64,000 bases of DNA. It comes from an uncultured candidatus Porisulfidus sp. Lineage in GTDB: Bacteria > Pseudomonadota > Gammaproteobacteria > Poriferisulfidales > Poriferisulfidaceae. Position numbers and translations under genes: made by a program. The notes beneath the pieces are model-generated. The model did no database searches and was not told the origin of the DNA. It worked only from the letters and a program-made list of their open reading frames with translations. Below are positions 9,423 through 17,479 of this stretch, piece by piece (positions within the stretch are counted from its first letter, which is position 1; each line of letters opens with the position of its first letter). The stretch is from NCBI GenBank assembly GCA_965204575.1, contig OZ241993.1, positions 704,001 to 768,000 on the forward strand, in the 5' to 3' direction.

Positions 9423-9690
9423 TAACGCAAGTTACTCTCCAGACCGTGTTGGGGGCGGCCAGATTGCAGTTTTATATTCGACCTGTTGATGCGGGTCCCG
9501 CCGAAGCTTCGCCCACTGGCCCTGATGGAATCTGCCGACCCGGTCCTCATTTCCAAAACGAGCTCGTAGCTCAAAGAGACTGCCAGGCTGACGGGTCGTC
9601 AGGTCTGGTCCTGCTTGCCATCACAATCGGGAATGCCTTGCGCAACCTGTTTCGTGCCACCTCCTCTGGTGAAGTCAGTGTCGGGAGCCG
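9423..9690 (-). ncRNA. Putative bridge/seek RNA locus of the IS1111-type element
   Basis: About 270-nt non-coding region 3' of the transposase. Contains segments matching the left junction (9548-9556 = 10851-10859), the right flank (9573-9578 = reverse complement of 9399-9404) and the element right end (9470-9477 = 9403-9410). Transcript boundaries unknown. Confidence 0.7.
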
Positions 9691-10719
9691 TCAGCCGCGC
9701 GGCGGACAGACGTAATCTTTCTGGTACTTGCGGCCATGGGCCAGCAAGGCCCAGGCGATTCTCGCCTGCCGGTTGGCGACTGCCACCGCGGCGACGTTGA
9801 ACGGCTTGTTCCGCTTGATCTTCTCGACCCACTCGGGCAGCTCCCGGCCGTTGGCCAGCAGTGACCGGGCGCCATGGATCAGCAGCGTGCGCAGGTAGCG
9901 GTCGCCCCGCTTGCTGATGCCGAGAATGCGGGTCTTCCCGCCAGTGCCGCTGTGGCGCGGCACCAGCCCCAGCCAGGCCGCGAACTCCCGAGCGTTGCGG
10001 AACGCCCGCGCGTCTCCCGCGGCGGCGACCAGGGCGGTCGCGGTCAGCAGGCCGATGCCCGGCACCTCCCGCAGTCGCCGGCAAGCCTCATGGCTTGTGC
10101 ACCATGCCTCCAGCTTCCGCTCGACCCGCGCAATCGCCTCGTCGTGCTCGTGGACGCGACGCCACTGCGCGGATAACTCTTCCCGACCCATCTCCGGGAC
10201 TCGCCCAGCCAGCCGGTCCAGCACGCCTTCGATCTCCCGGCTCAGCCCGGCCCGTCCTTGCGGCATCACCTCCCCGTATTCGCCCAGCAGGCCGCGCAGG
10301 CTATTGATCGTCGCCGTGCGGAACTTCACCTGCTGCTGCCGCAGGCGGTGCAGCCCCAGAATCATCTGCTGCTCCTCGTCCTTGATCGCCACCGACTTCG
10401 ACCGCGGATGCTGCACCGCCGTCCAGATCGCCCGCGCATCCTGCACGTCGCTCTTGTTGCCGGTGACGAACGCCCGCACCGACTGCGCCGGCAACACGGT
10501 CACCTCGTGTCCCATCTGCCGGAACCGGCGCGCCCACTCCTGCGAACCGCCGCAGGCTTCCAACCCGATCCGGCAGGGCGCCCGGTTGGCAAAGTGCTCG
10601 ACGAACTTCTGCCGCGACAGCTTCAGATCGACCAGTTCGCCGCCGGCCTCCACCCAGTGCAGTTGGAACACGTGCTTCGCGGTATCCACGCCGACCACCG
10701 GTTTATTGCTATACTCCAT
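9691..10719 (-). CDS. IS110-family transposase/recombinase
   Basis: VGVDTAK (D), GLEACG (E), KSDVQDA (DD), VPGIGLLTA and GLVPRHSGTGGK with the conserved Ser. GGAGGA ribosome-binding site upstream. Confidence 0.96.
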   Translation of the reverse strand: MEYSNKPVVGVDTAKHVFQLHWVEAGGELVDLKLSRQKFVEHFANRAPCRIGLEACGGSQEWARRFRQMGHEVTVLPAQSVRAFVTGNKSDVQDARAIWTAVQHPRSKSVAIKDEEQQMILGLHRLRQQQVKFRTATINSLRGLLGEYGEVMPQGRAGLSREIEGVLDRLAGRVPEMGREELSAQWRRVHEHDEAIARVERKLEAWCTSHEACRRLREVPGIGLLTATALVAAAGDARAFRNAREFAAWLGLVPRHSGTGGKTRILGISKRGDRYLRTLLIHGARSLLANGRELPEWVEKIKRNKPFNVAAVAVANRQARIAWALLAHGRKYQKDYVCPPRG

Positions 10720-10722
10720 CTC

Positions 10723-10804
10723 GAATCCTCCAGTCTGGCTCGTTGAAGTCGCCTATTGTCCACCTTTGGTACCCTAGATGCCGTCCGGACTCACTGGAGG
10801 ATTC
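10723..10804 (-). promoter_or_regulatory. 12-bp inverted repeat able to sequester the transposase Shine-Dalgarno sequence
   Basis: GAATCCTCCAGT (10723-10734) and ACTGGAGGATTC (10793-10804) are exact reverse complements; one arm contains the RBS. Confidence 0.65.
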
Positions 10805-10861
10805 ACCCTCTCCCAGTAATCCGGTCGCCAAGGCCAGGCGGCTTTCATACCATTTCCAATC

Positions 10862-11914
10862 ATGCCCGATTCGCTGCCGGATTTATCGCATGCCATCCGC
10901 CGGTGGGGCGGGGAACTGGGCTTTGACCAGGTGGGCATCACCGACCTGGATCTGGAAGAGCATGAGGTGCATTTGCTGAACTGGCTGGAACAGGGCCGGC
11001 ATGGCGAGATGGACTACATGCAGCGCCACGGAGTGCGCCGTTCGCGCCCCGGGGAGCTGGTGCCCGGAACGCAGCGGGTGATTTCGGTCCGGCTCAACTA
11101 CCTCCCGCACGGGTTTGATCGCGCCAAACAGGCACTGGCGGACCCCGCCTGCGGCTACGTATCCAGGTACGCTCTGGGCCGGGACTACCACAAGGTCCTG
11201 CGCGGCCGTCTGCGGAATCTGGTTCGACGAATCGAGGAAGCGGCCGGTTCCTTTGGCTACCGCGTGTTCACCGACAGTGCGCCGGTGCTTGAGAAGGCGC
11301 TGGCGGAGCGCGCCGGGCTGGGCTGGATCGGCAAGCACACCAACCTGCTGGCCAAGGATGCGGGATCCTGGTTCTTTCTGGGCGAGATCTACACGGACCT
11401 GCCGCTGACGCCCGACCCGCCGACCCGCGAAGAACATTGTGGGGATTGCCACGCCTGCATCGATGTCTGCCCGACCCAGGCGATCGTCGCGCCATACCAG
11501 TTGGACGCGCGCCGCTGCATCTCGTACTTGACGATTGAATTGAAAGGATCGATTCCCGTATCGCTGCGGCCATTGATCGGAAACCGGGTCTACGGCTGCG
11601 ACGATTGCCAGCTGGTCTGTCCGTGGAACCGTTACGCCCAACTGGCGGCCGTGGAAGATTTTCGGCCACGGGCCGTGCTGGAGGAATCGTCGCTGGTGGA
11701 AATGATGGCTTGGGAGGAAGAGGACTTCCTGCGTTACACCGAGGGTACGGCAATGCGCCGCATCGGCCACCTCCAGTGGCTGCGCAATGTCGCCGTGGCA
11801 CTGGGCAACGCCCCGCGAAACGAGACGGTTACCGCATCGTTGAAAGCTCGCTCCGGGCACCCCAGCCAACTGGTGCGCGAACACGTTTCATGGGCGCTGG
11901 AGCGCCACGCGTGA
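10862..11914 (+). CDS. queG: tRNA epoxyqueuosine(34) reductase
   Basis: SRYALGRDYH, DSAPVLEK, GSWFFLGE, and Fe-S motifs CGDCHACIDVCPT and GCDDCQLVCPWN. Confidence 0.96.
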   Translation: MPDSLPDLSHAIRRWGGELGFDQVGITDLDLEEHEVHLLNWLEQGRHGEMDYMQRHGVRRSRPGELVPGTQRVISVRLNYLPHGFDRAKQALADPACGYVSRYALGRDYHKVLRGRLRNLVRRIEEAAGSFGYRVFTDSAPVLEKALAERAGLGWIGKHTNLLAKDAGSWFFLGEIYTDLPLTPDPPTREEHCGDCHACIDVCPTQAIVAPYQLDARRCISYLTIELKGSIPVSLRPLIGNRVYGCDDCQLVCPWNRYAQLAAVEDFRPRAVLEESSLVEMMAWEEEDFLRYTEGTAMRRIGHLQWLRNVAVALGNAPRNETVTASLKARSGHPSQLVREHVSWALERHA

Positions 11915-13620
11915 ACACCGTCTCCGAACATCTCCGGGCGTTGTACCCGGGTGCGGATGCGGATGCACTGCGGCAGAGGATTGCCGAGTGTTTTGAGCGG
12001 CACACATACCTGCCGTGCCGCCCGGATCGGGAGTGGTCGGAGAAGGACACGCTGCTGATTACCTATGCCGACACCCTGGCGGAGCCCGGGGTGGCGCCGC
12101 TGCGCACCTTGGCCGATTTCCTGGAGACCCGCCTGCAGGACACGTTCAGCGCAGTGCATCTGCTTCCCTACTTTCCGTTCACTTCGGACGACGGCTTCGC
12201 GGTCTCGTCCTACCGGGAAGTGCGCCCCGACCTGGGAGGCTGGGAGGACGTCTCCCGGATCGCCGAGAAATTCGACCTGATGACCGATCTGGTGCTCAAC
12301 CACTGTTCGCGGGAACACCCATTGGCGCGACGCCTGCTGTCCGGCGATGCGAGTGCGGAGCCTTGGTTTCACGTGGTGGATTCGGCGATAGACACCTCCA
12401 TGGTCGTCCGGCCGCGGGCGACCCCACTGGTTACGCCGCTGCCGGATGACCCGCAGGGCCGCGGGGTCTGGACCACGTTCAGCGACGATCAGCTGGACTT
12501 CAACTACCGCAATCCGGAAGTCCTGCTTGAGGTCATCGACGTGATGGCGCAGTACGTGGCCGCCGGCACGCGCCTGTTGCGGTTGGACGCGGTCGCCTAT
12601 CTGTGGAAGGAACCCGGGACGACCTGCATCCATTTGCCCCAGACGCATCGGATCATCCGGTTGCTTCATGCGATCCTCAGGGAGTATGCGCCGGGCTGTC
12701 GGCTGATCACGGAAACCAACGTTCCGCAACACGAGAACCTGAATTACTTCGGCGAGGGAGACGAGGCGGACCTGGTCTACCAGTTCGCACTGCCGTCCTT
12801 GGTGTTGCAGGCCCTGCATCGTGGCAGTTCCGTCTACCTGAACCGGTGGCTCCGCGATTGGCCGGAGTTGCCGCCGGGCTGTACGTTCCTGAATTTCATC
12901 GCCTCCCACGACGGCATCGGCGTGCGCCCGGTCGAGCGGATCGTCACTCCGGCGGAATTGGAGGATTTGCTGCAGACGATGCGCCGCTTCGGCGGGCGAA
13001 TCAGCACCCGGGCCGGCGACGACGGGTGCGAACATCCCTACGAGATCAACATCACGTTGTTCGATGCCTTGCGTGGCACCCGCTTCGGTGAAGATGATTT
13101 CCAGATCGCCCGGATGCTGTGCGCGCACGTCATTCTCCTGTCGCTGCCGGGGATTCCGGCGTTTTATATCCACAGCCTGCTGGCTTCGCCAAACGATGAG
13201 GAGAAGGCGCGCGAGACCGGACGTGCACGCTCGGTCAACCGCGGGCAATTGGATCGGGCAGCACTCGAACAGCAATTGGATGAGCCGGGGCACCCGAGGC
13301 GAGAGGTATTGGAGGCCCTGCTCGGCCTGATTCGCCTGCGGGCCGGGCAGCCTGCGTTCGCGCCACAGGCGTCGATGATGCCATTGACCCTCGGTTCAGG
13401 ATTCCTCGGCCTGATGCGGGAGTCGCCTGGGCAGAAGATTCTGGTGCTCTGCAACGTCACGCCACAGCCACAGCGCGTGAATTTGGACACGCACCCGCTG
13501 GGTGCGCCGCGTGCGGTGGACGACCTGATCGGCCGGAACAGGATTCGGGTCCCCCATCGCCACCTGAACCTGGAGTTGGAGCCGTACCAGTGCCTGTGGC
13601 TGGCGGCGGCCAGTCGCTAG
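11911..13620 (+). CDS. GH13 sucrose phosphorylase family protein, glucosylglycerate phosphorylase-like
   Basis: LITYAD, SDDGFAV, DLVLNH, WTTFSDDQLD, RLDAVAYLWK, ETNVP, ASHDGIG and YEINIT. GTG start overlaps the queG stop (GTGA). Confidence 0.88.
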   Translation: MNTVSEHLRALYPGADADALRQRIAECFERHTYLPCRPDREWSEKDTLLITYADTLAEPGVAPLRTLADFLETRLQDTFSAVHLLPYFPFTSDDGFAVSSYREVRPDLGGWEDVSRIAEKFDLMTDLVLNHCSREHPLARRLLSGDASAEPWFHVVDSAIDTSMVVRPRATPLVTPLPDDPQGRGVWTTFSDDQLDFNYRNPEVLLEVIDVMAQYVAAGTRLLRLDAVAYLWKEPGTTCIHLPQTHRIIRLLHAILREYAPGCRLITETNVPQHENLNYFGEGDEADLVYQFALPSLVLQALHRGSSVYLNRWLRDWPELPPGCTFLNFIASHDGIGVRPVERIVTPAELEDLLQTMRRFGGRISTRAGDDGCEHPYEINITLFDALRGTRFGEDDFQIARMLCAHVILLSLPGIPAFYIHSLLASPNDEEKARETGRARSVNRGQLDRAALEQQLDEPGHPRREVLEALLGLIRLRAGQPAFAPQASMMPLTLGSGFLGLMRESPGQKILVLCNVTPQPQRVNLDTHPLGAPRAVDDLIGRNRIRVPHRHLNLELEPYQCLWLAAASR

Positions 13621-13648
13621 ACTCTAGGTTTTTTGGTAGTATTGCGCG

Positions 13649-13724
13649 GGCTGTCCGGGGGTGTGATCCTTTGACAGCCTGTTTTACCGGCCGACCGGAG
13701 CTTCTCGCCTCTGATCGGCCTTTT
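13649..13724 (+). terminator. Two tandem hairpins each followed by a U-rich tract (terminator or attenuator)
   Basis: GGCTGTC...GACAGCC then TGTTTT (13649-13685). GGCCGACCGGAG...CTCTGATCGGCC then TTTT (13689-13724). Confidence 0.55.
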
Positions 13725-13755
13725 GATTAGCCTGAGAACCAACGAGGAGAAATTC

Positions 13756-16059
13756 ATGGCGCATTGTGGAGTGATCTGCATGCAGATCTGCGGTTTTTCT
13801 CTCTCAGGTCTATTGGCTGTTACGGCGTTCCTGTTCACGACAGTGACCGTTCATGCACAGGAAATCATCACGGTGTTCGGTTCCAGGACGGTATTCCAGC
13901 ACGCCGGCGTCCCGACAGATACGCCCAACCTGATCCGTTTGGCACCGGGCGGCGCGGTCAGTCGCAACGGCGCCTTGACCAGCATCCCGCAATACCGGGG
14001 ATTGCATACCTACCGGGTCCAGACTCACCTGGACGGTCGCCAGCCGCATACGGCCGGACCCGCCTGGATGGACAGTCCGTTGCACTACATGCCGAGCTCC
14101 CTGATGGAATCGGTGCAGGTGCACCGGGGCATCGCGCCGGTCGGGGCCGGGTCCGCGATCGGCGGCTACATCGATGCGCTTTCGTACACCAGCCGATACA
14201 CCCTGTCGAAGGATTACGAATTCCACGCACGGTTGACGGCGGACAACCTCTCGTTCAACGACGGCAAGAATGCGAGCGTGTTCCTGTCGGTGGCGAACGA
14301 CCGCTCCCGATACCATGTGTACGGGGCACACGACCAGGGCGACGAGGCGAACAGCGCGGACGTCAAGATCCAGACCTCTCACTACAAGCGGGATTTCTTC
14401 GGGTTCGGCATGGGCCACCAACTGGGCGAGGGTGAACTGATGATCGACTACGCCCGGAACAATACCGGTGACGCCGGCGTTCCGGCCTTGCCGATGGACA
14501 TCCACTTCTACCATACGGACCTGATCAACCTGCGCTACCGCGGCGATACGGGAGAGTGGCACATGGAGGCGCAAATCCATTACCAGGAAACCGATCACGA
14601 CATGTCCAACTATGCACTGCGCGACCCCCCGGACTTCAGCCAGGCCAACATCCTGCCGCCGTTTCGCGGGACCGACAAACGCCTGGTGCTTGTAGACGGG
14701 CTTTCGATCGGGGGCAGACTGGCCGGGAGCCGTCCGTGGGGCGACGGGACCCTGCGCTTGGGGCTGGACTTCAGGCAGAGTGAGAACGGGGCGACCGTCT
14801 TCGATCCGGATGCGCCTCCTTTCTTCGTCGAAAACTTCGATGACACGACAACGGACGAATACGGGGCATTCATCGAATGGAGCGGCGATCTCACGGGCCC
14901 GTGGAGCGGCGAATTCGGCGTCCGGGTCCACCACACCCGTACCGATGCCGACACCGTCGAACATTTCCGGCCGACCTGCCAGATGCTTTTGCGGGTCAAC
15001 GCCGATCTGATGAATCCCTATGGCCCGGACGGGGCAAAGACGCAGGCGATTGAAGATGCCGGGGGGTGCGATGTTGCCGTCCCGAGCGTTTGGATGCCGC
15101 CTCCGGCGATGTCGGTCGGCATGTTGAGCGGGCGCTTCAACCGGGCCGACCGCAGCCAAACGGACACGGAAATCGACGCCACGGCTGTATTCCGTTACGA
15201 CTGGGGCGAATCGACGGAATTGGAGTTCGGCCTGGCGCACAAGACCCGGGCGCCGGCCTACATGGAACGCTACCTGTGGGTTCCGCTCGAGATCAACGCG
15301 GGCTTGGGTGACGGCAACAATTACGTGGGCGACGTCAACCTCAAACCGGAGAATTCCTGGCAAATCGAGTTGGGCCTGAACTGGGAAGACAGTGGAAAGA
15401 AATTCTCGCCGCGCATCTTCGCGCGCCGGGTCGACGACTACATCACCGGGATCCCGGCCACGGACGAACACATCATCCGGGTCAGCCGCGTGCTCAACGG
15501 CGATCCGACCCCGGTTCAGTTCGCCAATGTCGATGCCGAATTCTATGGGGCCGACACGGTGTTCGGATTCCCGCTGACGGAGGAGTGGCGGCTAGACGGC
15601 ACGGTCAGCTATGTACGCGGCAAGCTGCGGGAGTCCTTCCAGAGCCAGAGACGGGCGGATGGCACAACCCGCACGATCCGGGACGACAGTATCTACCGCA
15701 TGCCGCCGCTGCGCGGCCTGCTGTCCGCCTCGCGCACCCTGGACGACTGGGTGGTGTCGGTGGAGGTGGACTGGGCGGCGCGCCAGTCCAAGATCTCGCA
15801 ACTCATGCTGGATGACCCTCAAAGCGGCAACAATCACAACCGACCGACTTCGGGGTACGCGTTGTACAACCTGCGCACCCAGTACATGCACCCGTCTATG
15901 GGCTTTATGCTCTCTGTCGGCGTGGAGAACCTGACGGATCGCATGTACGTCGACCACATGGACGGCTTCAATCGGGTCAGCGGGGGAGAACTGGCGGTCG
16001 GCGAGCGCCTGCCAGGGCCGGGGCGAAATATCTACGCCCGGATCAACTGGGAGTGGTGA
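13756..16059 (+). CDS. TonB-dependent outer-membrane receptor (OprC/NosA-like)
   Basis: Signal peptide ending VHA-Q, TonB-box-like EIITVFG, plug segment GPAWMDSP, barrel motifs LKPE and GVENL, terminal aromatic residue (NWEW). GAGGAG RBS before ATG 13756. Confidence 0.88.
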   Translation: MAHCGVICMQICGFSLSGLLAVTAFLFTTVTVHAQEIITVFGSRTVFQHAGVPTDTPNLIRLAPGGAVSRNGALTSIPQYRGLHTYRVQTHLDGRQPHTAGPAWMDSPLHYMPSSLMESVQVHRGIAPVGAGSAIGGYIDALSYTSRYTLSKDYEFHARLTADNLSFNDGKNASVFLSVANDRSRYHVYGAHDQGDEANSADVKIQTSHYKRDFFGFGMGHQLGEGELMIDYARNNTGDAGVPALPMDIHFYHTDLINLRYRGDTGEWHMEAQIHYQETDHDMSNYALRDPPDFSQANILPPFRGTDKRLVLVDGLSIGGRLAGSRPWGDGTLRLGLDFRQSENGATVFDPDAPPFFVENFDDTTTDEYGAFIEWSGDLTGPWSGEFGVRVHHTRTDADTVEHFRPTCQMLLRVNADLMNPYGPDGAKTQAIEDAGGCDVAVPSVWMPPPAMSVGMLSGRFNRADRSQTDTEIDATAVFRYDWGESTELEFGLAHKTRAPAYMERYLWVPLEINAGLGDGNNYVGDVNLKPENSWQIELGLNWEDSGKKFSPRIFARRVDDYITGIPATDEHIIRVSRVLNGDPTPVQFANVDAEFYGADTVFGFPLTEEWRLDGTVSYVRGKLRESFQSQRRADGTTRTIRDDSIYRMPPLRGLLSASRTLDDWVVSVEVDWAARQSKISQLMLDDPQSGNNHNRPTSGYALYNLRTQYMHPSMGFMLSVGVENLTDRMYVDHMDGFNRVSGGELAVGERLPGPGRNIYARINWEW

Positions 16060-16088
16060 ACGCGGCCGTGACCGGCCGCCCGAATGGC

Positions 16089-16118
16089 AGTAGGCCTTGC
16101 CGCCGTGCGGGGCCTACT
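16089..16118. terminator. Hairpin between the convergent receptor and fur genes
   Basis: AGTAGGCCTTGC...GCGGGGCCTACT stem-loop; no long U tract. Confidence 0.45.
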
Positions 16119-16539
16119 TGTTCCGGCAGAAGTCTTTCGACTTGCAGACGCCGTACAGGTACAGGGAGTGGCTTTGCAGGTCGAAATGGTTCTGCTGGAT
16201 GATCTCCTTGAGATGCTCGACGAGTTCGGGATACTCGAATTCGATGACTGCGTTGCACTCCGTGCAGATCAGGTGCTCGTGCGGGGATTCGTCGTTGAGC
16301 TCGTAGACGGCCCGGCCCGCGTCGAAGTTGTGCCGGACCACTAGGCCCGCCTGTTCGAACTGGGTCAGGACCCGGTACACGGTCGCAAGGCCGATGTCTT
16401 CGTTGGCATCCAGCAGCTTGCGATAGAGGTCTTCGGCCGACACGTGCCGCACATCGCTGTTTTCCAGCACGGCCAAGATTTTCAGCCGGGGGACGGTGCT
16501 CTTGAGGCCCGCCTTGCGCAATCCGTCGTCGCTGGACAT
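16114..16539 (-). CDS. fur: Ferric uptake regulator
   Basis: LRKAGLKSTVPR, HVSAED, IGLATVYRVLTQFEQAG and HEHLICTEC. GGAGG RBS before ATG 16539. Confidence 0.95.
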   Translation of the reverse strand: MSSDDGLRKAGLKSTVPRLKILAVLENSDVRHVSAEDLYRKLLDANEDIGLATVYRVLTQFEQAGLVVRHNFDAGRAVYELNDESPHEHLICTECNAVIEFEYPELVEHLKEIIQQNHFDLQSHSLYLYGVCKSKDFCRNK

Positions 16540-16663
16540 GTGGGAACCTCCGCTAGTCAAGGGGACTTCATACTCTAGCATAGAGAAGTGTTGGGAAGGG
16601 GCTCGTGTCATTCTAAAATTGTTCGTGCGAAGACCGAGCCCGGGAGGCTCCGAGGAGAAACTG

Positions 16664-16873
16664 ATGAGTGAAGAAAACCGGAAAGACATCCGCATGCTGC
16701 TGAAGCGGTTCGGGGTGCAGGCGGACGAGGCCATCGTCCGGCATCTGGCGGTTCTGGGAGGTGGTGTGCCCCTGCGGTTGCGCTGCACGCTGGAAGACCT
16801 GACCGATTACGGCGACCGCTCCCCGGACTCGCCGTTGAGCGTGGTGATCGAAGGAGAAATCCAGGCGGAGTGA
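16664..16873 (+). CDS. Small hypothetical protein (69 aa)
   Basis: GAGGAG RBS before ATG 16664; host-like codon usage; fills the gap between fur and the SPOR gene. Confidence 0.65.
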   Translation: MSEENRKDIRMLLKRFGVQADEAIVRHLAVLGGGVPLRLRCTLEDLTDYGDRSPDSPLSVVIEGEIQAE

Positions 16874-16879
16874 CCGCGC

Positions 16880-17479
16880 CTATTGGTGCGCGCGGATCAG
16901 CAGCGTCTCGATCCGGTTGTCACGGAGCCGCTTGCGCACTTCGCGTAGCTGCGCGAGGTTCTTGTAGGGTCCGACCCGAACCCGATGCCAGGTGTCGCGG
17001 TCGAGGGTGACGGACTGGATGGACGCTTCGGTTCCGAGCAGGATGACCTGAGCCCTCATGCCGTTGGCGTCGTCAAGATTGCGGAAAGAGCCGACCTGCA
17101 AGTAGTAGACGCCCTCGGGCACGGGCTTGGCTTTCTTGTCGCCTGGTTTCGGTTCTTTTTTGGCGGGTGGTTCCGGGTCCGGCACCACGACCTCCTGGTT
17201 GGGCAGGATGGTGTAGAAGTCGAACCGCGGCGTTTCCGCTGGCTTCGCTGCGGCCATCTTCGGTGGCTGCGCATTACCCCACAAGGTGTTCCATTCCACT
17301 TCCTTCGCCACGTTGAACGCCAGCACGCTGACGACCCCGGTCAGTAGACCGCCGCCGAGCAGGAGCCATGGGGGCAGGGGCTTGCGTGCGCGCGTTTTGC
17401 GTTTTTTGGCGGTCGGTCGCCGCTTGGTGGTCGCGGGACGTCGTTTCGGGGCCGCAGTGCGTTTTTTGGGGGCCGCCAT
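16880..17479 (-). CDS. SPOR-domain cell division protein (FtsN-like)
   Basis: Basic N-terminus, one transmembrane helix, FDFYTILP, and SPOR motifs YYLQVGSF and WHRVRVGPY. Coupled to argS by a TGATG overlap. Confidence 0.88.
   Translation of the reverse strand: MAAPKKRTAAPKRRPATTKRRPTAKKRKTRARKPLPPWLLLGGGLLTGVVSVLAFNVAKEVEWNTLWGNAQPPKMAAAKPAETPRFDFYTILPNQEVVVPDPEPPAKKEPKPGDKKAKPVPEGVYYLQVGSFRNLDDANGMRAQVILLGTEASIQSVTLDRDTWHRVRVGPYKNLAQLREVRKRLRDNRIETLLIRAHQ

Larger units (their letters stand above)
9405..10856 (-). mobile_element. IS110-family insertion sequence, IS1111 subgroup (ends approximate to a few nt)
   Basis: Single DEDD transposase. Sub-terminal inverted repeats TATGAAGGCCGCCTG (9408-9422) and CAGGCGGCTTTCATA (10835-10849) match at 14/15. 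Long non-coding end downstream of the transposase and no obvious target duplication. Confidence 0.9.

Noticed and set aside
9368-9574. N-terminal extension of the amidotransferase ORF
   Set aside because: Ntn amidotransferases need Cys at position 2, and the extension runs into the IS non-coding end.
11605-11910. Upstream extension of the GH13 ORF
   Set aside because: It overlaps queG; GTG 11911 gives a normal 4-nt overlap.
13671-13699. Perfect TTGACA as the receptor -35 box
   Set aside because: No -10-like hexamer at 16-18 nt spacing, and it lies within a hairpin arm.
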